The notes under the pieces: generated by a model | What the model saw: the letters and a program-made list of their open reading frames with translations, nothing else | Told to the model about the DNA's origin: nothing | The model's database searches: none | Sequence record: NZ_KX443406.1 | Strand: one strand, 5' to 3' | Length of the DNA stretch: 64,000 bases | Source of the DNA: a plasmid | Position numbers and translations under genes: made by a program | Shown: positions 46,156 through 55,065 of the stretch, piece after piece | How positions within the stretch are numbered: position 1 is the first letter of the stretch | Layout of the letters: each line of letters opens with the position of its first letter

Positions 46156-47063
46156 GCATGGACGAGCCAGAGGACCTGACCCATCTGGTCGACAGTGCAC
46201 GGAGCGTCGCGCGGCTGCCTGCGGCCGAACGGATCCGGCACATCCGCGCCGACCGGTGGATCGGCTACCCACGTGCGATGCAAGCTATCGAGCGCCTCGA
46301 AACCCTCTACACCTGGCCACAGCGGCAGCGGATGCCGAACCTGCTGCTGGTTGGGCCGACGAACAACGGCAAGTCGATGATCATCGAGAAGTTCCGGCGC
46401 CGGCACGCCCCGGTCGCCGCCGACGACCACGAGACGATCCCGGTGCTGTGCGTGCAGATACCCTCAGACCCGTCGGTGTCCCGGTTCTACGTCGCCCTAC
46501 ACGCTGCCCTCGGGGCCCCGATCCGGCCCGGGCGACGGGTCGCGGAACTCGAGCAGCTCACGCTGAGGCTGTTGCGGGCCACCGGGGTCCGAATGCTGGT
46601 GATCGACGAACTACACAACGTGCTCGCCGGCCGCGACAGCGCGCGCCGCGAATTCCTGAACGTGCTGCGCTATCTCGGCAATGAGCTGCAGATCCCGCTG
46701 GTCGGCGTCGGCACCCGGGAGGCGTATCTGGCGATCCGCAGCGACGACCAGCTCGAGAACCGGTTCGCCCCGATGGTGTTGCCGCCGTGGGAAGCCGGGG
46801 ACGACACCCGGTCCCTGCTGGCCAGCTTTGCTGCCTCGTTCCCGCTGCGGCGGCCCTCCCACCTGGCCGGAGAAGACATGGCCGGCTATCTCCTTGCCCG
46901 CAGCGAGGGCACGATCGGGGAACTGGCGCTGTTGCTGACCGAGGCTGCGGTGGCCGCGGTCGAATCCGGCGAGGAGGCAATCAACCGGCGCACTCTGACG
47001 ATGGCCGGCTACACCGGCCCCACCGAACGGCGCCGCCAGTTCGAACGCGAGATCGCCGGGTGA
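46149..47063 (+). CDS. tniB: TniB/TnsC-like AAA+ ATPase
   Basis: Walker A GPTNNGKS and Walker B LVIDELH. Start overlaps the tniA stop (ATGGTGA); alternative ATG at 46158. Confidence 0.75.
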   Translation: MVSMDEPEDLTHLVDSARSVARLPAAERIRHIRADRWIGYPRAMQAIERLETLYTWPQRQRMPNLLLVGPTNNGKSMIIEKFRRRHAPVAADDHETIPVLCVQIPSDPSVSRFYVALHAALGAPIRPGRRVAELEQLTLRLLRATGVRMLVIDELHNVLAGRDSARREFLNVLRYLGNELQIPLVGVGTREAYLAIRSDDQLENRFAPMVLPPWEAGDDTRSLLASFAASFPLRRPSHLAGEDMAGYLLARSEGTIGELALLLTEAAVAAVESGEEAINRRTLTMAGYTGPTERRRQFEREIAG

Positions 47064-48289
47064 GACCGGTCCTCCGGTGGCCGATCCACCCGCCGCCACG
47101 GCACGGGGAGAGCCTGTCGTCGTGGCTGTACCGGATCGCCGCTGTCTACCAGCTCACCGTGGGTGAGCTGCTCGAACACGACCTCGGCCACCCACCGGTC
47201 GATGCAGATGTGCTCGACCTGGAGCCAGCCGCGGGCCTGCTTGCCGACCTTTCTCGCCGCAGCGGCTTTGACCATGACCGGCTGCATCGGATGAGCGTAT
47301 CCGGGCACGTTCCGTGGTTGCTGGACTCACTCGACCCGAACGCCAACGACTTCGACACCTACATACGACAGTTGTCGATCCTGATGCCAACACATCGTCG
47401 CGGCCGCGGCGGCCGGCGACGTCCCGGGCCCGGGTGGCGGCCCTGGCTGCCTACCGAGTCCGGCGTGCGGCGAGCCTGTCCACAGTGTGCTGACGACTCC
47501 CATCATCAGCGCTGGATACTCGCGGCCCGTCTACCACTGCAAGTCAGCTGCCCTACACACCGCTGCCTCTTCGAACCCTGTTTCGGGTACCCAGATCATC
47601 TTTACTGGGATACCGACGAGCCGCTGCCCCGACCTGTCCCCCCTGCGGTGGTCACCCTCGACCGCTACACCGACCAAGCGTTGACGTCCGGCGTGGTGGC
47701 GTTACCCCGCCGAACCATCCACAGCGGGATGTGGTTTCGGCTGCTCCGCACGCTGATCGACGAGTTGTGCGCACCGATTCACCGCGCGGGCCCGGCGGTC
47801 CAGCAGGTGTGGGCTCGCCGCGGCGGGCGGCCACCGCAGCTGATCTGTCGGCCCTTCGAAGCACTGCCCTGGCCCGCACAGTCCGAACTCCTCACCGTCG
47901 CCGCAGACACCATCGCCCTGCTGGGGGCGGGCGAGATCATCCCGGACGGGGGCGACGGACACCTGTTTACCCCCGATCGCGTCGGCGATGACTTCCCGTC
48001 CGGACGGGCCCGCCGGAACCAGCACCCCGATCCGAACCACGCTCTGGCACGTCGCATCGACGTCGACCGCGATCGACGTCGAACCGCCCGCGCGCGGATG
48101 GACTCCGCGCTCGGCGACGCGATCGACGAAGCCCGCCGCGACCCGCAGGCTGCCCGCTCCCTGTTCTCCCTCATGCGGCACGGCTGCCGCACCGACCGGG
48201 AGATCGAACGACTGCTGGCCGTTTTCGACGAACTCGAAATCCCCACCAGCGGTTTTCGAGACGACCTGCCACCCGATCCCTATCTCTGA
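47060..48289 (+). CDS. tniQ: TniQ-family protein
   Basis: GTGA overlap with tniB. N-terminal PRHGESLSSWLYRIAAVYQLTVGEL resembles the TniQ N-terminal domain. CxxC pair CPQC...CPTHRC. Confidence 0.55.
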   Translation: MRPVLRWPIHPPPRHGESLSSWLYRIAAVYQLTVGELLEHDLGHPPVDADVLDLEPAAGLLADLSRRSGFDHDRLHRMSVSGHVPWLLDSLDPNANDFDTYIRQLSILMPTHRRGRGGRRRPGPGWRPWLPTESGVRRACPQCADDSHHQRWILAARLPLQVSCPTHRCLFEPCFGYPDHLYWDTDEPLPRPVPPAVVTLDRYTDQALTSGVVALPRRTIHSGMWFRLLRTLIDELCAPIHRAGPAVQQVWARRGGRPPQLICRPFEALPWPAQSELLTVAADTIALLGAGEIIPDGGDGHLFTPDRVGDDFPSGRARRNQHPDPNHALARRIDVDRDRRRTARARMDSALGDAIDEARRDPQAARSLFSLMRHGCRTDREIERLLAVFDELEIPTSGFRDDLPPDPYL

Positions 48290-48582
48290 CCGGCGGCTAC
48301 GACCTAGCCTGCATCGGCTTTGACGAGACCCGCACTGGCCGCCGCGGACCAGCGCACACTGAGTTCGCGAGCCGGAACTCGGGACGCGGTACCAGTCACT
48401 CGTAGGTTTGTGTGGGTGCGCGTCGATAAGTGTAGTTATCGCACCGAGTGGCAACAATTTGCCTGCTCCAGGCGTCTTCTGATGAATCTCGGTTCGTCCA
48501 GGTCTCCCTTGGCAGCTACGCATGAACCGGCGGGTGACCTTGCCCCGAATCTGCAGCCCGCACTGTCCCGAATGAGCACCGT

Positions 48583-48858
48583 TCACGGATCGATGGACAC
48601 TGCGCCGTGCAGTTTCTCGAGTACGACGTCGAGTGCATCGGAGAGCCACTCACTTTCGGCCCTGGCCAGTAACTCGTCCCCGCCTGAAGTACGCGCGCGA
48701 AGCTGCACCGACCATCCGCCCGCGGCATCGGGGTCTTCGTGGCGGACTTTCGAAACCTGCGTTGCTAGAAGGTATCGATTGCACTCGAACTCCACACAGA
48801 TTGCCGACGAGTCACCCCAATCGACAACGTTCGCCGGATGATGCGTTGCTGCGGTCAA
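48583..48858 (-). CDS. Hypothetical small protein
   Basis: ORF with protein-like composition, immediately next to the IS fragment. Confidence 0.2.
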   Translation of the reverse strand: MTAATHHPANVVDWGDSSAICVEFECNRYLLATQVSKVRHEDPDAAGGWSVQLRARTSGGDELLARAESEWLSDALDVVLEKLHGAVSIDP

Positions 48859-49108
48859 GCCCCTGGTAGTGGTGTAACTGTTTTGTGATCCTTCGTTGGT
48901 GGTCAGGCGGGTAGTTGCATCAGGTCATCGGTGCTCACCTCCGTCGCCTGGCTCGGGTCGGTGTCGGTGGTCAGGGTGAGTCGGCAGCGGCCCAGGACTT
49001 CCAGGCCGAGGTATCGGCGGCCTTGAAGCCCATTCGTCGCTCTGCTCGGCCAGCACGGCGCCGATCAGGCGCACGATGGCGTCCCGGTTGGGGAAGATCC
49101 CGACGACA
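48852..49108. mobile_element. 257-bp partial copy of the IS256-family element (IS end + last 61 codons of the transposase), identical to 55066-55322, direct orientation
   Basis: Base-by-base identity with the left end of the complete element. Similarity stops abruptly at 49108. Confidence 0.7.
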
Positions 49109-49590
49109 GAACTGCGCCGCCGGGCATCTCGCTACGGGGCATAGCGGATTGCTTGTCCTGGGGGCCGGACCATTCGTTCTGGAAAGAGAACATGATCTCC
49201 AAGTATTCTTTGCCGCTATAACTGGAAAGGATCATCTCTTCGGTCCAATCTCCTCGGTGAGAGATCCGGCGGTAATGTCAATTCTCAGAGATTAAATGTG
49301 CTCGATAATTTGATCTAGTAAACGAATTCAGAATAACTATTGCTCGCCCCTTCCCTGAGTGGCTGCGGCCGTGCTACCTTCCTGTGGCCGGCGACAACGG
49401 CGCATGTCACGGGTATGGAGATGTAGGTGGGGGCAGAAAGTGAAGCTATTCAATAAGCACAGTTCGGGCAATGTCAGGATCGGCACGAATGTGCCTCCGG
49501 GGGAATGCGCTAACGGGACGTGGATAAAAGCAGATGATGCTACTCGGGGCCCGAGGGTGACTCTGATTGGCCCCAGAAAGGCGGCCTGAA

Positions 49591-50394
49591 ATGACCACCA
49601 ACTTTGACATCACCTGTGACGCGGATAACGTGGCTGACAAGCTCGAGTCGTCGGCAGCACTGCTGGAATGGCTCAGCGGGGAGCTCGGACGGCGATCGCG
49701 CGCCTGCCGCTCCAGTGGGTCGGCCGAAGGTGGTCCTCGTGACCAGGCTGTGTGGGCAGAAGCGGCCCGGAGGCGCGGGCGGATCGCTGGCCAGGTGGCG
49801 CAGGTGGCAGGACTGGTAGGCCTGGCTATCCGGCAGGTCAACGTGCACGGAGACCTCGGCATCGCATGGATCCTGCTCGAGCAGTCGCGGCAACAGCTGG
49901 GGCACGCCTGGGTCACGGCCGGAGCTTCCGGAGAAACCATTGCGGGTGACGACCCCGATGTTGACCCAGAAGTGCAGTCGCACGCTCTGCTGACGTTCTT
50001 CTTGCAGCGCGATCTGATGCCGTGGCCCGGAGATGCTCCTCAGGTGGTCGACTTCGGGGTCGGGAACGGTGTCATTCCGGACTTCCGCCCCGACGCCCCG
50101 GTGGAGATGGTGTCTCTTCAGCTACTCGCCGACGCGGCGATGACCTTCCGTGCCGGACACGTTGTCGATGACATCTCGGACCGCGTGATGTCGATGGCTT
50201 TCGGGGAACACGTGTGGGCCATCCTGGACCTGGCTATGGACCTGCTCGAGTTCACCGCGGACGACGACGACGATGCCTGCCGGCCAGATGCGCTCGTCGA
50301 CACAGGGCGGGAAGCGGCGCACCTGACGAGTGGGGCTTTTCGGCCGGCATGGCGGGTGTTCACCGGGCCCGCCGGCTTCCCGGACGCTGCCTGA
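49591..50394 (+). CDS. Hypothetical acidic protein (267 aa)
   Basis: ATG 49591 within ORF 49567..50394. Confidence 0.4.
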   Translation: MTTNFDITCDADNVADKLESSAALLEWLSGELGRRSRACRSSGSAEGGPRDQAVWAEAARRRGRIAGQVAQVAGLVGLAIRQVNVHGDLGIAWILLEQSRQQLGHAWVTAGASGETIAGDDPDVDPEVQSHALLTFFLQRDLMPWPGDAPQVVDFGVGNGVIPDFRPDAPVEMVSLQLLADAAMTFRAGHVVDDISDRVMSMAFGEHVWAILDLAMDLLEFTADDDDDACRPDALVDTGREAAHLTSGAFRPAWRVFTGPAGFPDAA

Positions 50395-50544
50395 GTCGCT
50401 TCTTGTGGGCCGATGAACGCAGCAAGGACTCCTGGGGTCCGGCAGCGTCCTCGGCGTCCCGGACCCGCTTTCACCACGGTATCCGGTCGTCGTCCGACAT
50501 CTGGGCGCATGGCCCGCGGCCGTCGCCGGTGGAGCCGAGGCGGC

Positions 50545-51258
50545 TCAGGCTGCCGGCCCCACGGATCGAACACTGGATATTTCGGGCAGGGGCAGCCGGC
50601 AGAGGCGATGGGCTTCCTCCGCCGGAACGCCGAACGCGCGGAGGACGTCCTCGGCCATCCCGTCGGTCGCCTCCGCGTCGTCACGTTCGGGTTGATCGTG
50701 CAGTAGCTGGCCGAGACCGATCGTCGCTCCGGCGGCGAGCGCGAGGGCGACCTGCGGGTCACGGATGGTGAAACGTCCTGAGGCGGCGGCCGCTTCGATG
50801 TCCCGCAGCGCACGCGGCGCCAGTCCACGGTCCGCCATGACCAGCGATGATCTGTGGGCGAGTAGGACACGGCAGAGTTCGGGCTCGATCCGGTGCAATC
50901 TGCCCGTGACCCGGAACGAGAACGCGAAGACCTCGGCAGGATCTTCAATGGCCCCGGTGAGCTCATCGAGCAGGTTGCCATGGGCTTCCAACGCGTCGTC
51001 GACCGCTGCTCGGAACAGTTGTTCCTTGCTGTCGAAATGGTTGTAGAAGGACCCCATCCCCACGTCCGCAGCCTGGGTGATCTCGAGGACGGGGACGTTC
51101 AGCTTGCCTTGGGCGATCAGTGACTGGGCCGCACGGATCAGCGCCGCGCGTGTACGCGCCTTGCGCAGTTCGAGACGACTCGCTTTGTCTCCGTCGCTGC
51201 TGGTCACCACACGTCTCCGTCCTCCGTCACGCAACCTCCTCAACGTAGCACTCGCCAC
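50545..51258 (-). CDS. TetR-family transcriptional regulator
   Basis: RKARTRAALIRAAQSLIAQGKLNVPVLEITQAADVGMGSFYNHFDSKEQL HTH. Divergent from the catabolic genes. Confidence 0.7.
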   Translation of the reverse strand: MASATLRRLRDGGRRRVVTSSDGDKASRLELRKARTRAALIRAAQSLIAQGKLNVPVLEITQAADVGMGSFYNHFDSKEQLFRAAVDDALEAHGNLLDELTGAIEDPAEVFAFSFRVTGRLHRIEPELCRVLLAHRSSLVMADRGLAPRALRDIEAAAASGRFTIRDPQVALALAAGATIGLGQLLHDQPERDDAEATDGMAEDVLRAFGVPAEEAHRLCRLPLPEISSVRSVGPAA

Positions 51259-51342
51259 TCAGTTCTGACGATTTCGTCAAAACACTTGACTGACGAACCG
51301 TTCGCAAGTGACGATAACGTCAGAACGTGAGGAGTAGCACAG

Positions 51343-52476
51343 ATGAGTGAAGGCGCCGGCACGCATGCCGGATTGCACAGCGAGCAGGGCGGTCTCCGAG
51401 GCGAACACCCTGGACGTGCGACAAATCCGGTCATCAAGGTCCGCGATCTCGCCTGGCTGGAATTCGAGAAGCCCGATCTCGTCGCCGCCGAGGCGTTCTC
51501 CGCGGCATTCGGTTTCTCGACCGCTGTCCGCACAGAAGACGAGCTGTACCTGCGCGGCACCGATGGCGGGGCGCCGTGTGTGATCATCAGAAAAGGGACG
51601 CGGTCGGCCTTTGTCGGTGCCGCGCTTCTCGCTGCCGATACCGCGGACGTACTCCGCCTGGCGGAGGCGACGGGACGCGCGATCCGGCCGCTGCCGGACG
51701 TCGTGGGCGGCGTCGGGGTTGATCTCACCGACCCGAGCGGCACATCAGTGCGAGTCGTCGCGGATATGCACACGCTGCCGGAACTGGAAGGCCAACAACC
51801 ACACTCGTTCAACTTCGGGCACACCGTCGAGCGCGTCAACCGCACACAGCGACCACCCCGGGGGCCAGCCCGGGTCCAACGCCTCGGTCATCTGGTTCTG
51901 CAGAGCACCAAGTACCTCGAGACGCTGAACTGGTACCTCCGGCATCTGGGACTGATCGTCAGCGACTTTCTGTACTACCCCGGCCAGCGTGATCGCGGCC
52001 CCGTCATGAGCTTCATGCGCTGCGACCGCGGCGCAGAACCGACCGACCACCACACTCTCGCCCTGGTGCTCGGCCCCTCCGATCGATACGTGCATTCCGC
52101 GTACCAGGTCAGCGACCTCGACGCCTTGGCCGCAGGTGGTGAGCACCTCCTCGATCTCGGATACCGCCGATCCTGGGGGATCGGCCGACACATCCAGGGC
52201 AGCCAGATCTTCGACTACTGGCGCGACCCCGACGGCTTCCTCGTCGAACATTTCAGTGACGGTGACCTGTTCGACAGCACACTCGAACCGGGCTGGGCCC
52301 CGATGAGCGCGTCAGGGCTCGTCCAGTGGGGCCCGCCGGCGACGAGGGATTTCCTCGGCGTCGCTCCCGGTCGGGATTCGCTCCACGAGCTCCGCGCGAT
52401 GATCCACGCGCTCCGCACCGACAACGAATTCGACGCCCACCGCCTTCGCGGCCTACTGAAAGTCCCGACCACATGA
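51343..52476 (+). CDS. Extradiol ring-cleavage dioxygenase (VOC/glyoxalase-fold, type I)
   Basis: Two VOC modules: VRDLAWLEFEKPDL... and VQRLGHLVLQSTKYLETLNWYLRHLGL...HHTLALV. Context includes a FAH hydratase and an FAD hydroxylase. Confidence 0.6.
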   Translation: MSEGAGTHAGLHSEQGGLRGEHPGRATNPVIKVRDLAWLEFEKPDLVAAEAFSAAFGFSTAVRTEDELYLRGTDGGAPCVIIRKGTRSAFVGAALLAADTADVLRLAEATGRAIRPLPDVVGGVGVDLTDPSGTSVRVVADMHTLPELEGQQPHSFNFGHTVERVNRTQRPPRGPARVQRLGHLVLQSTKYLETLNWYLRHLGLIVSDFLYYPGQRDRGPVMSFMRCDRGAEPTDHHTLALVLGPSDRYVHSAYQVSDLDALAAGGEHLLDLGYRRSWGIGRHIQGSQIFDYWRDPDGFLVEHFSDGDLFDSTLEPGWAPMSASGLVQWGPPATRDFLGVAPGRDSLHELRAMIHALRTDNEFDAHRLRGLLKVPTT

Positions 52477-53411
52477 GCATCTCCGTCCTCCGCACCGCCG
52501 ACAACTGGTGGGTCAAGACCCCCTCCGGTGCCGCCAGAGTGGACACCGCGGCCACCACCACTGCCGAACTCGTCCGTGACCGTGCCGCGATCGACGCCGC
52601 GGCCAGCACCGGTGAGGTCGTTCCGGTCGAGAGTCTCGACCTGGTCGCCCCCGTGACCGCTCCCTGCCGGGTGGTTGCGCAGATGACGAACTTCGCATCC
52701 CATGTGAAGGACTCGGGACTGAACCCCGAGACCATCCCACTCACGTTCTTCCGGAAGGCCTCCGGGTCCATCAACGGGCCGTTCGACGACGTGGTCAAAC
52801 CCGCACACGTCAGACTTCTCGACTACGAGATCGAGATCGGACTCGTCCTCGGCGAGACGGTGCCGGTCGGCACGGTCATCACTGACGAGAACGTCGCCGA
52901 CGTCGTCGCCGGGCTGGTCATCGTCAACGATGTCTCCGCGCGTGACGTACAACTGCCGAAAACCCAGTTCTACGAGGCCAAGTCCTATCCCACATTCACC
53001 CCCGTGGGCCCTGAGCTCGTCCTGCTCGACGAGGGAGACTTCGCACGTTTCACCGACCTTCGCCTGGTCCTGCGGGTCAACGGCGAGGTCCGCCAGGACA
53101 TGACGATCGGGTCGGACATGATCTACCGTCCCGCGAAGGCACTGCAGGCCTTGTCGACGTTCCAGCGACTCGACGCCGGCGACCTGGTCTTGACCGGCAC
53201 CCCCGGCGGTACCGCACTGACCGCCCCGCCCAAGCCCATCGAGATGATCGGCTCTCTGCTGCCGCCCGCGCTGAAGTGGAAGAGCTTCTTCAGAGCCCAG
53301 GCCAGGAATCCGAAGTACTTGAACGACGGCGACCTTCTCGAGTTGTCGGCCGCCACCGGGGACGGGACGCTCGACCTCGGGATCCAGCGCACGAAAGTGC
53401 GGTATTCCTGA
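52473..53411 (+). CDS. Fumarylacetoacetate-hydrolase (FAH) family hydratase/isomerase
   Basis: ATGA overlap with the dioxygenase. FAH-fold motifs DYEIEIGLVLGE...VAGLVIVNDVSARD...PGDLVLTGTPGG. Confidence 0.65.
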   Translation: MSISVLRTADNWWVKTPSGAARVDTAATTTAELVRDRAAIDAAASTGEVVPVESLDLVAPVTAPCRVVAQMTNFASHVKDSGLNPETIPLTFFRKASGSINGPFDDVVKPAHVRLLDYEIEIGLVLGETVPVGTVITDENVADVVAGLVIVNDVSARDVQLPKTQFYEAKSYPTFTPVGPELVLLDEGDFARFTDLRLVLRVNGEVRQDMTIGSDMIYRPAKALQALSTFQRLDAGDLVLTGTPGGTALTAPPKPIEMIGSLLPPALKWKSFFRAQARNPKYLNDGDLLELSAATGDGTLDLGIQRTKVRYS

Positions 53412-53441
53412 TGGCCACCGCAGCGCGATGCCGGTGATCGC

Positions 53442-54977
53442 ATGACCCGGACGCACTACCCGGTCGTCGTCGTGGGAGCCGGCCCGACAGGCATGACCGT
53501 GGGAACCCTGCTGGCCCGCTACGGGATCGACACCCTGATCCTCGACCGGTGGGACGGCATCTACCCGCTGCCACGCGCGGTCCACCTCGACGACGAGGTG
53601 TACCGGATCATCGCCCGCCTCGGTCTGGCTGACGAGTTCGCCGGAATCGCGCGCCCGGCGTCGGGCCTGCGCCTGGTCAACCGCGACCTGACGACGCTGC
53701 GGGAGTTCCGGCGCGAAGCCGCGAACAGTCCGCACGGGTTCCCCCAGGCCAACTTGTTCGACCAACCGGAATTCGAGCACATACTCCGTACGGGCCTGGC
53801 ACGGCACGAGTCCGTCACGATCGCAGGCGGCAGGCAGGTGACGGGCGTCGCGCACACCCGCGGCGGCGCCCGGGTCGACTACATCGACCGCGTCTCCGGC
53901 ACGCGAGGATTCGTCCATGCCGACTACGTCCTGGGGTGCGACGGCGCGAACAGCATCATCCGGTCCGCCATCGGCTCACAGATGCAGGACCTGGGATTCG
54001 AGCAACGGTGGCTCGTGGTCGACATCGCCACCGACAGGGAACTCGGGCACTGGGAAGGAGTGCACCAGGTCTGCGATCCGGTTCGGGCCGCGACGTACAT
54101 GAGGATCGGTGACAGCCGCCACCGCTGGGAGTTCCGACTGCACGACGGCGAGACCGCCGGCAGTTTCCCCACGCTCGAGAGCCTGCACTCGCTGCTGTCG
54201 CCGTGGATCGAGAACGTCGACACAGGGGATCTCGAGCTCATCCGTGTCGCCGACTACACGTTCCGCGCCCAGATCGCCGACCGGTGGCGAGACCGGCGGG
54301 TGTTTCTCCTCGGCGATGCCGCCCACTTGACGCCACCGTTCATCGGCCAGGGAATGGGCGCCGGAATCCGGGACGGCGCGAATCTGGCCTGGAAACTGGC
54401 CGGCGTTCTCGATGGCACCCTGCCTGAATCGAGCCTGGACAGCTACCAGCTCGAGCGAAAGCCCCACGCTGCATTCATGGTCCGACTCGCCCTGGCACTC
54501 GGATGGGCCATGACCGCCGGCGGCGAACTCGGCCATATGGCGCGGCGGCAACTCGTCCCCCTGGCGGTGAAGGTCCCCTCGATCGGCGCGAAGATCACCA
54601 CAGGTGTCACCCCGGCCCTGCGGAGCTCACCCTTCGTCCACCGCCGCGCACTGCGCCGGGGGCTTTCCGGGACCCTGTGCCCTAACCCGGTTCTCGCCGA
54701 CGGGCTGAGCGTGGACGACATCGCGCCCGATCGATTCCTGGTCGTGACATCCGTCGACCCCACCGACGACCAACGCTTCGAGATCGAGCGCCGCGGAGCA
54801 TGTGTCGTGCACGCGCCGCCCGGATCGGCCCTCGGCCACTGGCTCGACCGTGGGCACGCCACCGCCGCGATCGTCCGCCCCGACCGCACGGTCATGGCCG
54901 CCACCCGCTCGTTGGCGGGCCTGTACACAGCGCTACCGACGTTCACCCCCGATGCACTGCCAGGAGGCACCAGATGA
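53442..54977 (+). CDS. FAD-dependent aromatic-ring hydroxylase (MhpA/PheA-like flavin monooxygenase)
   Basis: N-terminal VVVVGAGPTGMTVGTLLARYG GxGxxG. GD motif LLGDAAHLTPPFIGQGMGAGIRDGANLAWKL. Confidence 0.7.
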   Translation: MTRTHYPVVVVGAGPTGMTVGTLLARYGIDTLILDRWDGIYPLPRAVHLDDEVYRIIARLGLADEFAGIARPASGLRLVNRDLTTLREFRREAANSPHGFPQANLFDQPEFEHILRTGLARHESVTIAGGRQVTGVAHTRGGARVDYIDRVSGTRGFVHADYVLGCDGANSIIRSAIGSQMQDLGFEQRWLVVDIATDRELGHWEGVHQVCDPVRAATYMRIGDSRHRWEFRLHDGETAGSFPTLESLHSLLSPWIENVDTGDLELIRVADYTFRAQIADRWRDRRVFLLGDAAHLTPPFIGQGMGAGIRDGANLAWKLAGVLDGTLPESSLDSYQLERKPHAAFMVRLALALGWAMTAGGELGHMARRQLVPLAVKVPSIGAKITTGVTPALRSSPFVHRRALRRGLSGTLCPNPVLADGLSVDDIAPDRFLVVTSVDPTDDQRFEIERRGACVVHAPPGSALGHWLDRGHATAAIVRPDRTVMAATRSLAGLYTALPTFTPDALPGGTR

Positions 54978-55065
54978 CGCGCTCGACACCGGCCCGCTCG
55001 CCCCGCTACCTCGTCCTCGGTCTCGGTCTCGCTGCAGCGCTACCGATATCCCTCGCCCCGGCCGC

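Larger units (their letters stand above)
44416..48289 (+). mobile_element. Tn402/Tn5053-family transposition module (IR-tniA-tniB-tniQ) without tniR/res; other end not identified
   Basis: Gene content and order, plus a terminal IR-like TGTCAGAAGTGATCTGCAC. Confidence 0.6.
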
